A DNA stretch of 49,425 nt from a virus (lineage: Duplodnaviria > Caudoviricetes): the IMG/VR virus record IMGVR_UViG_3300037470_000539, positions 1 through 49,425 of that record; one strand, given 5' to 3'. A program made the translations under genes and the position numbers. The notes under the pieces were generated by a model, which was given only the letters and a program-made list of their open reading frames with translations, was not told the DNA's origin and did not search any database. Shown here piece after piece: positions 26,475-34,653 of this stretch. The first letter of the stretch is position 1. Every line of letters starts with the position of its first letter.

Positions 26475-27807
26475 GGACTACCGCAACCTCGACCCCATCC
26501 CCGAGGAAGAGCAGCCCGACCTGCCGGCCGACTGGACGCCCTCGCAGAGCTTCCTGCGCCATCACGACCGCTGCGACCGCGCGGCGCTCCTGTACCTGCG
26601 CCACCGTGGCGGCGCGGCGACGCATGAGCTGAACCGCGGCGCGTTGATGCACGAGGCGATCGACCGCCTGCTGCGGATGCTGGTCGCCTCTCAGCGTGAA
26701 CGAGTGCAGGGGATCGGCACCGACCTGGGGCCCGGCTATGTAGCCGACGCCCGCGAACACGCCGAGCACCTCGCAGAGCAGCTCGAGAACACGATCCCAC
26801 CCGAGCTCGGGCGCCAAGTCCTCTACGAGGTGATGGCCGACAACCCCGAGATGCAGGTCTCCGCCGCCGAGCGGGATTCCCTGCGCTACCTGATGGACCA
26901 CTTCTGCCGGGGGACGCACTTCGAGCCGAACCAAATCATCGGCATCGAGAAGACGCTGACGCTGGAGACCGGCGGCTTCCGGGTGCTGATCCGCCCCGAC
27001 CTGATCGAAGACCTGGGGGGCGGGGTGTGCCGCATCCGCGACTGGAAAAGCGCGTGGCCGCCGGACTCCGAAGACTTCCGCGCGCAGGCATACGACTCGC
27101 ACGGCAACCCCCGCTGGGCCGGCAACTATCAGCTCAACATGGCGGCCGTGGTCGCCGCCTTCGGCGTCACCGACGACGGCCTGCCGCTCGGCAACTTCGA
27201 GCGCTTCATCCTGAGCCTGGAGTACCCCCGCATCCTGCGCGACGATGGGATCGACACGCGCACAGTCGAGGTCGACCGCCTCCAGGTTCAATCCTTCCGC
27301 GACGACCTCGACCTCCAGCTTCACCGCCTGCGAGAGGTCTGCCTCGGCAAACGCAAGTGGCAGCCGACCGAGGGCAACCATTGCCGCGAATGCCCCTGCG
27401 AATACGAGTGCCCCCTGCCGCGGCACCTGCGCCCCGAGTCCCAGCTCGCCAACCTCGACAGCATCGAGGATCTCGAAAGAGCGGCGACGAACTGGCACTT
27501 CGGCACCGGCCGGATGGCGAAGCTGAAATCGCGGCTCAAAAAGGCCGCCGAGGGGCTCCCCGATTCCGACCTCGACCTCGGCGACGGGCTGCGCGGGGTG
27601 CGGATCGGCACCGACTTGGCGCTCGTCTTCACCCCGACCAAGACTGAGAAGATCATCGACCGCGACAACATGTTTGCTGCCGCTGAGGCCGCCGCCAAGT
27701 TCGGCGAGCCCTTCGATCGCGCCCAGCACGTCAAAGTGAGCGAGGGCGTCACCTTCGCCAAGAAACGAATCCCGCCGCGGCGGGAGAACGGAGAAGTGGA
27801 TGGCTGA
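26467..27807 (+). CDS. PD-(D/E)XK RecB-like exonuclease
   Basis: GTG after GAGGAGG; 'E...IRPDLI...IRDWKS...YQL...HCRECPC...CP'. Confidence 0.85.
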   Translation: MAEDYRNLDPIPEEEQPDLPADWTPSQSFLRHHDRCDRAALLYLRHRGGAATHELNRGALMHEAIDRLLRMLVASQRERVQGIGTDLGPGYVADAREHAEHLAEQLENTIPPELGRQVLYEVMADNPEMQVSAAERDSLRYLMDHFCRGTHFEPNQIIGIEKTLTLETGGFRVLIRPDLIEDLGGGVCRIRDWKSAWPPDSEDFRAQAYDSHGNPRWAGNYQLNMAAVVAAFGVTDDGLPLGNFERFILSLEYPRILRDDGIDTRTVEVDRLQVQSFRDDLDLQLHRLREVCLGKRKWQPTEGNHCRECPCEYECPLPRHLRPESQLANLDSIEDLERAATNWHFGTGRMAKLKSRLKKAAEGLPDSDLDLGDGLRGVRIGTDLALVFTPTKTEKIIDRDNMFAAAEAAAKFGEPFDRAQHVKVSEGVTFAKKRIPPRRENGEVDG

Positions 27808-28084
27808 GAAAAAGGGCTACGAGTACCGCGTCCTGGTGATGGAGTTGCCGGGCGCCAAGGAGTTCAACGCCGGCACCGCCGGCTCCGTGCGGTTCAAGTC
27901 GCTCGGCACCTTCGAGGCGCGCACGCCTGAGGACGCGGTAGAGCAGGCCGGGCGCCAGCACGACTTCCCCGACGGCTCCGAGCTGGTCGCGGTCGCGCTC
28001 TCCAACTGGCACGAGCGCGTCATCGCGGTCGAGACACGCCGCGACGTGACCGCCCGGAAGAAGGAACCCGCCGGTGACGCTTGA
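27800..28084 (+). CDS. hypothetical protein
   Basis: Coupled in operon. Confidence 0.6.
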   Translation: MAEKKGYEYRVLVMELPGAKEFNAGTAGSVRFKSLGTFEARTPEDAVEQAGRQHDFPDGSELVAVALSNWHERVIAVETRRDVTARKKEPAGDA

Positions 28085-28445
28085 GCTGACCGACTGGCTA
28101 CGCCGCAACTTGGCGGCGCGTGCGGCCGCTGAAGCGCCTGAGGAGGCCTGTGGGCTGATCGGTCGCGCGCGCAACGGCTGCCTGGGCCTATGGGTGGCGG
28201 AGAACAGCGCAGAGGACCCGCAGGCGAGCTTCGAGATCCGCGCCGACCACCTGCTCGAGCTTCTGCGGGCGATAGACATGCACGGCGAAACGCTCGCCGG
28301 CGTCTACCACTCCCACCCGCACGGGATCGCGGAGCCGAGCGTCGCCGACCGCCAGACGGCGCGACTGTGGCCGGGCCTGACGTGGGTCATCGTCGGCATC
28401 GGATCAGGCGAGCCCGAGTTCTGGAGCGGGGTGCTGGTGCCATGA
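28074..28445 (+). CDS. JAB/MPN (Mov34) metallo-isopeptidase
   Basis: 'PEEACGLI...YHSHP....PSVAD' complete JAMM motif. Confidence 0.9.
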   Translation: MTLELTDWLRRNLAARAAAEAPEEACGLIGRARNGCLGLWVAENSAEDPQASFEIRADHLLELLRAIDMHGETLAGVYHSHPHGIAEPSVADRQTARLWPGLTWVIVGIGSGEPEFWSGVLVP

Positions 28446-28945
28446 TCTTCCGCCCCGACCTCGCCCTCGCCATCCTCAGAGGCGAGAAGACCGCCACCCG
28501 ACGGGCGATCAACCCGGAGAACCCGCGGTCGCCGTGGCGGCCCTGGGATCCCGCCGACCACTCCTACCCGGTCGGCAACGTGTTCACCGTCAACCCCGGC
28601 CGCGGCATCCCGCGCGTCGCCGAGTGCGAGGTCACGGGTCGGCGGATCGAGCCGCTGATCCAAGTCGACGACGCCGCGGCCAAGCGCGAGGGGTTCACGA
28701 ACCGAGCCGCCTTCATCGCTGCCTTCGTCGAAATCAACGGCGCCGGGCCGGTCGGCGAGGCCGCTGCCCGGATGCGGGCTGAGCGCGTCCACGTCGTCGA
28801 GTTCAAGCTGCACGGGCCCGACTGCATGGGCTGCGACGGCTGCGGGTGGTGCGAGGGATCGCCCGCCTGGACCTGCACCGACTGCTTCGGCACCGGGATC
28901 GAAGTCACGCCCGCCGGCCGCGCGCTGGTCGCCGGGCTCGCATGA
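28442..28945 (+). CDS. ASCH-domain protein with C-terminal DnaJ-like Zn finger
   Basis: 'AILRGEKTATRR...DAAAKREGF'; CxxCxGxG twice. Confidence 0.8.
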   Translation: MIFRPDLALAILRGEKTATRRAINPENPRSPWRPWDPADHSYPVGNVFTVNPGRGIPRVAECEVTGRRIEPLIQVDDAAAKREGFTNRAAFIAAFVEINGAGPVGEAAARMRAERVHVVEFKLHGPDCMGCDGCGWCEGSPAWTCTDCFGTGIEVTPAGRALVAGLA

Positions 28946-29949
28946 GTTGGGAGATCCGCGAGGGCGAGGCCGCGAGAGAGCTCGAGGCGCTGCCCGACCG
29001 ATCCGTGCATTGCTGCGTGACGTCGCCGCCCTACTGGGGACTGCGCGACTACGGCGCGGAGGGGCAGCTAGGCCTCGAATCCAACCCCGACGACTACGTT
29101 GACCGCCTCGTCGGCATCTTCGACCAGGTCGCCCGCGTGCTGCGCGACGATGGCACGGTCTGGCTGAATCTCGGCGACACCTACGCGGCGAAGGCGCGCG
29201 GCTCCGACGTCGGATGGGAGACAAGCCGGCTCACTAACCCCGGCCACGTTCAGAAGGCACAGGCCGCCAGCCTGCGGGGAAGCGGCGAGCGCCACCGCGG
29301 CAAGGGCGCAGGCCTCAAGGAAAAGGATCTCGTCGGCATCCCGTGGATGGCGGCCTTCGCTCTGCGCTCGGCGGGCTGGTACCTGCGCCGCGACGTGGTG
29401 TGGTCGAAGTCCAACCCCATGCCCGAAAGCGTCCGCGACCGCCCGACGTCGGCGCATGAGTACCTGTTCCTGCTGACCAAATCGCCGCGCTACTTCTACG
29501 ACGCCGAAGCGATCAAGGAACCCGATTGCGGCCGCGGCTCCGGCAACGGATACAGAAGGGAAGAGCGGCTGACATACGACGATGGGAAGGGCGCTCGAGG
29601 TCAAGATGAACCCTGGCAGCCTGGCGGCGGCCGCAACAAACGCTCCGTCTGGGAGATCGCGACCCGGCCCTTCCCCGACGCTCACTTCGCCACCTTCCCG
29701 CCCCAACTTGTCGAGCCGTGCATCCTCGCCGGGACCGCGCCCGGCGGTCTCGTGCTTGACCCCTTCGCCGGCGCCGCCACGACAGGCCTGGTCGCAGCCC
29801 AGCTCGGGCGCCGCTTCCTCGGCATCGAGATCAATCCCGAGTACGCAGCTATGGGAAGGGCGCGGATCGAACGCTGGGAGGCAAACCCGGCGGGCTACCT
29901 GACCGGCGACCCCGAACCGATCGAGGGGCAGATGGGGCTGATCGACTAG
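28942..29949 (+). CDS. DNA methyltransferase (N4-C/N6-A, beta class)
   Basis: 'VTSPPYW', 'HFATFP..LVEPCI', 'VLDPFAG..TT', 'GIEIN'. Confidence 0.93.
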   Translation: MSWEIREGEAARELEALPDRSVHCCVTSPPYWGLRDYGAEGQLGLESNPDDYVDRLVGIFDQVARVLRDDGTVWLNLGDTYAAKARGSDVGWETSRLTNPGHVQKAQAASLRGSGERHRGKGAGLKEKDLVGIPWMAAFALRSAGWYLRRDVVWSKSNPMPESVRDRPTSAHEYLFLLTKSPRYFYDAEAIKEPDCGRGSGNGYRREERLTYDDGKGARGQDEPWQPGGGRNKRSVWEIATRPFPDAHFATFPPQLVEPCILAGTAPGGLVLDPFAGAATTGLVAAQLGRRFLGIEINPEYAAMGRARIERWEANPAGYLTGDPEPIEGQMGLID

Positions 29950-30407
29950 TGGCGAAGACGATCCTGCTCACCGAGGCAGAGCTGCGCTACGCCGCCTACA
30001 CCGGCATCGACCGTCAGGTCTCCGCGCTCTCCCACCGGCGCAGCGACCAGTTCAGACCGCGCGACTACTGGAGCACCCACATACTCGCCTGCATGGCTGA
30101 GCTGGCGGTGGCGAAGTGGCGCGGCCGCTACTGGTCGGGCTTCGCCGACGCCGGCTTCCACAGCGACAGCGACGTCGGGAAGGGGGAGGTGCGCTCCTCG
30201 GGCAACTACGACTCCGACCTCATCCTCCGCCCGCGCGACAGAGAGAAGGGCGACGCGCCCTTCGTCCTGGTCGTCACCGACCCGCCCGAGATGCACCTGG
30301 TCGGCTGGGCCTACGGGCGCGAAGCGATGGTCGAGGAGTTCTGGCGCGCGACGCCGGCGCCGGCGGCCTGGTTCATGCCTCAGGACCGCCTGCGCCAGAT
30401 CAGCTAG
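29949..30407 (+). CDS. putative PD-(D/E)XK-like nuclease / phage protein
   Basis: 'AELAVAK...DV...EVRS' resembles a restriction-fold active-site pattern. Confidence 0.45.
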   Translation: MAKTILLTEAELRYAAYTGIDRQVSALSHRRSDQFRPRDYWSTHILACMAELAVAKWRGRYWSGFADAGFHSDSDVGKGEVRSSGNYDSDLILRPRDREKGDAPFVLVVTDPPEMHLVGWAYGREAMVEEFWRATPAPAAWFMPQDRLRQIS

Positions 30408-30441
30408 CGGGGGCGGCATCGCTGGCTACGGTTTCCCTGCC

Positions 30442-30591
30442 GTGGCCCGCAAGAACCACAACGCCAACAAGGGCGGTAACAGTCACTCTCGCGGCGGCGG
30501 CGGGTGGATGAAGCGCGGCAAGAAGGGCAAGCGCAAGAACGGCGCGCCGCTGACGCCCGGCGCGATGCACTCCAGGACGCGCCTGCGCTAG
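30442..30591 (+). CDS. small very basic protein (49 aa; absent from the ORF track)
   Basis: MARKNHNANKGGNSHSRGGGGWMKRGKKGKRKNGAPLTPGAMHSRTRLR; follows a GGGGG-N13-TACGGT promoter. Confidence 0.55.
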   Translation: MARKNHNANKGGNSHSRGGGGWMKRGKKGKRKNGAPLTPGAMHSRTRLR

Positions 30592-30602
30592 CCTCCCGCC
30601 AT

Positions 30603-30691
30603 CGGGGCGTAGCTCAGACGCCAGCGGTGGTCCGCGAAAGAGTGAGGGGTCGCGCCCCTTGACGGTGTTCGGCACACACCCGCCCCGACCA
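30603..30691 (+). ncRNA. aberrant tRNA-like RNA (Pro-type acceptor stem, enlarged D-loop, encoded CCA)
   Basis: CGGGGCG/CGCCCCG acceptor + A + CCA; TA-GCTC/GAGT D-stem; GAGGGG/CCCCTT stem; GGTGT/ACACC T-like stem. Confidence 0.65.
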
Positions 30692-30743
30692 CTCTCCGCC
30701 CTCCTAAGGCCGTTACGTCCGCAGGGGCGGGGACACTCCCCCC

Positions 30744-31262
30744 ATGCAACAGGAAGCGCTCCTGGAGCCGCTCAGCCCGCCCAGAGGCCCCGATCTCCGC
30801 CCGGTCGGCGATCGCACCTGGCGCTTCACCATTGTCGGCACGCCGGTTCCGCAGGGATCGAAGAAGGGCTTCGTCCACCCGCACATCAAGGGCCGCGTGA
30901 TGCTGGTCGACGACAACGCGAAGAAGCTGAGACCGTGGCGCCAGCAGATCACCCTCACCGCCCGCGCCCAGCGGCCACGCTGGCTGCGCGAACCCGTCGA
31001 CGGCCCGATCGGCCTGACGCTGGTCTTCGTTCGCCGGCGGCCGAAGAGCCACTTCCGCGGCGACGGCCGCACCCTCGGCGCCGGCGCGACGCGCTACCCC
31101 GACACGAAGCCCGACGTCGACAAGCTCGAGCGGGCGATCCTCGACGGCCTCACCGGAGTCGCCTTCGTCGATGACTCCCGCGTCGTCTCGCTCGCCAGCG
31201 TCAAGCGCTGGGCCGAACCGGGTGAGCCGGAGCAGGTCGAGATCGAACTCACCGTCCTCTAA
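30744..31262 (+). CDS. rusA: RusA-family Holliday junction resolvase
   Basis: 'GTPVPQGSK...KPDVDKLERAILDGLT...DDSRVV'. Confidence 0.92.
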   Translation: MQQEALLEPLSPPRGPDLRPVGDRTWRFTIVGTPVPQGSKKGFVHPHIKGRVMLVDDNAKKLRPWRQQITLTARAQRPRWLREPVDGPIGLTLVFVRRRPKSHFRGDGRTLGAGATRYPDTKPDVDKLERAILDGLTGVAFVDDSRVVSLASVKRWAEPGEPEQVEIELTVL

Positions 31263-31263
31263 C

Positions 31264-31295
31264 GACGGACGGCACCCCGAAGAGTGCCGTCCGTC
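31264..31295. terminator. 12-bp perfect hairpin after rusA
   Basis: GACGGACGGCAC-N8-GTGCCGTCCGTC; no clear U-tract. Confidence 0.55.
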
Positions 31296-31363
31296 CGGGC
31301 CGCAAAGATGCGGGCCGTGTTCTATCCCGCTGACCAGCCTACCAACGAAGAGGAGACTCCCTG

Positions 31364-31756
31364 ATGGAAGCAGCGACAGCGACAGCGCCGGGTAAGCGAC
31401 TCACCGAGGTGCCCGAGGAACCAGACGAGGCGAAGCCCAACGGCGAGCCCCTGGACGGCGAGGGCGACGGCGAGACCGCACCGCCGAAGGTGCCGCCGCT
31501 CGAGATCGACGGTGCCGGGTCGCAGCTCACCCTCTCCGTCGGTGGCGAGGTGCCCAACGTCTCGCAGGTCAAGCTGCGCGGCGGCTCGATCGCCATCCGC
31601 GCCGGCGAGTTCAAGAAGGGCGACGTGGTCGAGCTCGCGATCCGGGCCCGCTGCGTCGAGATCGACGTGGTCGACAAGATCGACGGACAGACGGGCGATG
31701 TGACGGAGACGATCCGGCGCCACGTCTTCAAGGCGGTGCACGTCGAGAAGGTGTAG
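31364..31756 (+). CDS. hypothetical protein
   Basis: AAGGAG RBS; strong codon bias. Confidence 0.7.
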   Translation: MEAATATAPGKRLTEVPEEPDEAKPNGEPLDGEGDGETAPPKVPPLEIDGAGSQLTLSVGGEVPNVSQVKLRGGSIAIRAGEFKKGDVVELAIRARCVEIDVVDKIDGQTGDVTETIRRHVFKAVHVEKV

Positions 31757-31780
31757 CGCCCCCGCACTTTCCGTGCAACA

Positions 31781-31824
31781 AAAAGGCCGCGGGCTTGACT
31801 GCCCCGCGGCCTTTTGCATAGAGT
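31781..31824. terminator. bidirectional terminator overlapping a sigma70-type promoter
   Basis: AAAAGGCCGCGGG/CCCGCGGCCTTTT stem; TTGACT (31795) in the loop, 18-bp spacer, TAGAGT (31819). Confidence 0.65.
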
Positions 31825-31863
31825 CGCGTTTGTGACGACGACGACGATGCGAAGTATTGCAAG

Positions 31864-32040
31864 GTGAGCGGCCGTAACCCTCGCCGCCGGGCAGGCGCTT
31901 GGTGGCAGAACTCGAAGGCGCGCCCCAAGAGATGCGCCAGATGCAGCCGCTCCTACCGAGCGAAGTCCCCACGGGATCGCTCCAAAAACTGCCAGTCATG
32001 TCGTGCGCGACACCGCGAAGAAAGACGCGCGCGACCATAG
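31864..32040 (+). CDS. small basic CxxC-CxxC Zn-finger protein (58 aa; absent from the ORF track)
   Basis: MSGRNPRRRAGAWWQNSKARPKRCARCSRSYRAKSPRDRSKNCQSCRARHREERRARP. Confidence 0.5.
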   Translation: MSGRNPRRRAGAWWQNSKARPKRCARCSRSYRAKSPRDRSKNCQSCRARHREERRARP

Positions 32041-32294
32041 CCCGGCGTCACGCCCGGTAGCTGCCGGGGCCACATAGCTGGCGGTGAACCCGCGCGTGCC
32101 GAAAGCCGACGCGGGGCGTGCGAAGCAGGCCGGGCCTTTCCCCTGGCGGATACCAAACGAACAGCCGCGCCCCCTCTCCCGCCAGCGCCCGACCCCCCGT
32201 ACTCTTTTGATCCGCGCTAGGAAGTTAGGCGGGTGGAAGGGCGGGGTTGGCGGGCTCAGCGGCTTCATCTCTCAACAAACTGATCGAGAAAAGG

Positions 32295-32840
32295 GTGACT
32301 AGAGATAACAGCGGAGCGACCGATTTGGCCCAGTTCCTCGCCGCGCCGGCCGCGGTGCAGGAACAGTTCTGGGCGGCCATTCGCAGACGCGTCGAGTGGG
32401 AGCACCTCTACTCGCGCTGGCGCGAAGTCATGCGCGACGAGGATGCGGTGGCGCCGATCGCGCTGCGGCGCAAGGAACCGCGGCGCGTGCGGTGGGGGGA
32501 ACCCTGGCGGCGGCGGGTTGAGAAGTACCGGCGGTGGGCTGAGCGCGGCCGCAAGCAAGACCCCGACTTCGACCGCGACATGGCCTTCCTGCTGTCGATC
32601 GACGCCACCGACTTCGTGGATCGACTTCTACCTGAGGTCGAGAGGCGCGGCTCGATGATCGTCTGCCCCTTCCACGAGGAGCGCACGCCGAGCTGCTCGT
32701 TGCGGGGCACGACCTTCCATTGCTTCGGCTGCGGGCAGAGAGGCTCGATCTACGACTTCGCCGGCGAGCTCTGGGACATGGCGCGCCACGGTCGCCAGTT
32801 CGTTGAGATCCACAAACGGCTCGCGGAGATGTTCCGGTGA
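32295..32840 (+). CDS. CHC2 zinc-finger (primase Zn-binding domain) protein
   Basis: 'CPFHEERTPSC...FHCFGCG..GSIYDF'; no TOPRIM domain; start uncertain. Confidence 0.8.
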   Translation: MTRDNSGATDLAQFLAAPAAVQEQFWAAIRRRVEWEHLYSRWREVMRDEDAVAPIALRRKEPRRVRWGEPWRRRVEKYRRWAERGRKQDPDFDRDMAFLLSIDATDFVDRLLPEVERRGSMIVCPFHEERTPSCSLRGTTFHCFGCGQRGSIYDFAGELWDMARHGRQFVEIHKRLAEMFR

Positions 32841-33388
32841 GCGACGCCGCCCGCCACCTCCGCCCCGTCGAAGACGAGGTCGATCCGCTGCTCGTCCACC
32901 CCGACAGCGGCGAGCGACTGGGGGTGCTGAGCGACCACGTCCAGCACCTCCACGATCAGATCGCCGGGCTCGAGACCGACGTCCGCGCTTGGCGCACCCG
33001 GCACGCAAACCTCAAGCGCGACAAAGGCAAAGAGGCACGCGATCACCAGCTCTGGCCGGAGGCGATCAAGCTCTTCGACCTCTGGCGCCGGAAGTGCAAT
33101 CACACCCGCAGCGCTTTCACCACCGACCGTTTCTTTTTGGTCCTTCCGTTCCTCGGTCCGACCCCGACATCTCTGCTCGCCGCAGCCGAGCGGCTTGGAC
33201 TCAAAGAGAACCCCAACCCCTACGGCCCGATCATCTGCGAACGGGCAATCCTCGGCGCGGCATTTGACCCCTACTCCTCGAAGCGCAGGAACGGCTCGAC
33301 GAAGCGGCATGACGACTGGGAGCTAATATTCAGGGGTGCGGGGAAGGTGGAGGAGTTCGCGAATCGGGCCCCAAAGGGAGGCGGATGA
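32837..33388 (+). CDS. hypothetical, possibly replication-initiation related
   Basis: Coupled to CHC2 gene; coiled coil plus 'DDWELIFR...VEEF' C-terminus. Confidence 0.55.
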   Translation: MSDAARHLRPVEDEVDPLLVHPDSGERLGVLSDHVQHLHDQIAGLETDVRAWRTRHANLKRDKGKEARDHQLWPEAIKLFDLWRRKCNHTRSAFTTDRFFLVLPFLGPTPTSLLAAAERLGLKENPNPYGPIICERAILGAAFDPYSSKRRNGSTKRHDDWELIFRGAGKVEEFANRAPKGGG

Positions 33389-33843
33389 TGCCAAAGGGTA
33401 AAGACCGACCCATCTGCTCCGAAGACGGGTGCGAAGAGCCGCACAAAGCACGAGGCCTCTGCGCTAAGCACTACCAGCGCAGGCATCGCGATCCGACCTA
33501 TCAGGCCCGCTGGCGAGCGCGTAATCCCGAGAGGCGGCGTGCCTACCAACGCGACTGGTATCGGCGTAATCAGGCTCGCGAGCGACGTCGATCCTGGGCG
33601 CGAAAGGTCAAGGCTACCTACGGCTTGACGCTCGAAGAGTACGAGACGATCCTCGCTAAGGGATGCGCGGTCTGCGGAGCCTGGGAAGGCCTGTCTCTCG
33701 ATCACGACCATGCAACCGGGAAGGTCCGCGACGCGCTATGTCGTGGCTGCAATACCGGCCTGGGCTCTCTCGGCGATGACCCCGAGCGCTTGCGCGCCGC
33801 AGCGGCCTACCTCGAAAAGCACCGCGCCCCCGCGCAAAGTTGA
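33385..33843 (+). CDS. endonuclease VII-family nuclease
   Basis: 'YGLT.EEY...CAVCG...LDHDHATGKVR.ALC..CNTGLG...DDPERLRAAAAYL'. Confidence 0.9.
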   Translation: MMPKGKDRPICSEDGCEEPHKARGLCAKHYQRRHRDPTYQARWRARNPERRRAYQRDWYRRNQARERRRSWARKVKATYGLTLEEYETILAKGCAVCGAWEGLSLDHDHATGKVRDALCRGCNTGLGSLGDDPERLRAAAAYLEKHRAPAQS

Positions 33844-33869
33844 CACGCGGCCAGTAGCCCATGTATCCT
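33837..33869 (+). promoter_or_regulatory. operator-promoter copy 3
   Basis: AAGTTGACACGCGGCCAGTA; TTGACA 33840; TATCCT 33864; ATG 6 nt downstream (leaderless). Confidence 0.8.
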
Positions 33870-33875
33870 CTGGGC

Positions 33876-34106
33876 ATGAAGCCTGCGAAGTTCCCCGGCA
33901 AGTTCGTCGCGCGCAGCGACATTCGGGATCGGCTCGGCATCAGCCGCTCCTACGTCGCCATGATCGTCAGACGCGACGACTTCCCGGCGCCGGTCTCCTA
34001 CGTCATGGACGGCGCTCAGCCGGTCTGGCGCTGGGATGCCGTCGAGAGATGGGCGAGAGAATGCTGGTCGCAGTTCCGCCACAACGGGGCCGAAACACCT
34101 GCTTGA
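33876..34106 (+). CDS. AlpA/Xis-like HTH DNA-binding protein
   Basis: 'DIRDRLGISRSYV...DFPAPV...PVWRWDAVERWA'. Confidence 0.8.
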   Translation: MKPAKFPGKFVARSDIRDRLGISRSYVAMIVRRDDFPAPVSYVMDGAQPVWRWDAVERWARECWSQFRHNGAETPA

Positions 34107-34513
34107 TGCCTAATCGCGGCCGTGTCGTCAACGTCGGCGCCGGCCCGCCCGATGAGGGCTGCGAGCGCGACACCTGCCCCAGATGCGGCAGAGAGCGCTG
34201 GGAGCTGATCGTCGTCCCCGGCTGCTTCTACTGTGACCGCTGCAAAGTGGCGAGTCCCGGCCCGAATGAAAGACCGCCCGAGCCGCCCAGAGGCGAGCAG
34301 ATGGAGCATTCCTCAACCGCCTACCCCGGCCAACCGATCAAGGGCAAGGAGCTGCATCGGATCGGAGAGGCGCTGGGGTTGATTGGGGAGAGAGGGAGCG
34401 AGGAGCGGTGCGGAGGGAAGCCGGGCAAGCCTCACACGGTGCGGATCGCTCACGATCCGTGCGTCTGTCCCGGCTGCCCCGACTGCCAACCAGAACAAGG
34501 AGGAGCCGGATGA
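34106..34513 (+). CDS. Zn-finger protein, apparently chimeric (5' half is repeat copy 1)
   Basis: TGATG start; CPRC...CDRC, then a foreign C-terminus with CVCPGCPDC. Confidence 0.55.
   Translation: MPNRGRVVNVGAGPPDEGCERDTCPRCGRERWELIVVPGCFYCDRCKVASPGPNERPPEPPRGEQMEHSSTAYPGQPIKGKELHRIGEALGLIGERGSEERCGGKPGKPHTVRIAHDPCVCPGCPDCQPEQGGAG
34122..34306 (+). repeat. 185-bp exact direct repeat, copy 1
   Basis: Identical to 35810-35994 on base-by-base reading. Confidence 0.95.
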
Positions 34514-34653
34514 GCTGGCTGGTCGAATTCTTCTGCCCCAGATGTGGCCATTCGTGCCGCGTTCCGGTCGGCAATGTGCCGATGTGCGCTGGCGCTTCCC
34601 GCAAGCTACTTCACCCCGCCGTTGAAATGGTCCGACAAAGGAGGCGCTGGTGA
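34510..34653 (+). CDS. small Cys-rich protein
   Basis: AGGAGGAG RBS; ATGA overlap; 'FCPRCGHSC'. Confidence 0.5.
   Translation: MSWLVEFFCPRCGHSCRVPVGNVPMCAGASRKLLHPAVEMVRQRRRW

Noticed and set aside
26467-27807. Cas4 as part of a CRISPR adaptation module
   Set aside because: It sits beside a Rad52-like annealase as a typical phage recombination pair; no cas1/cas2.
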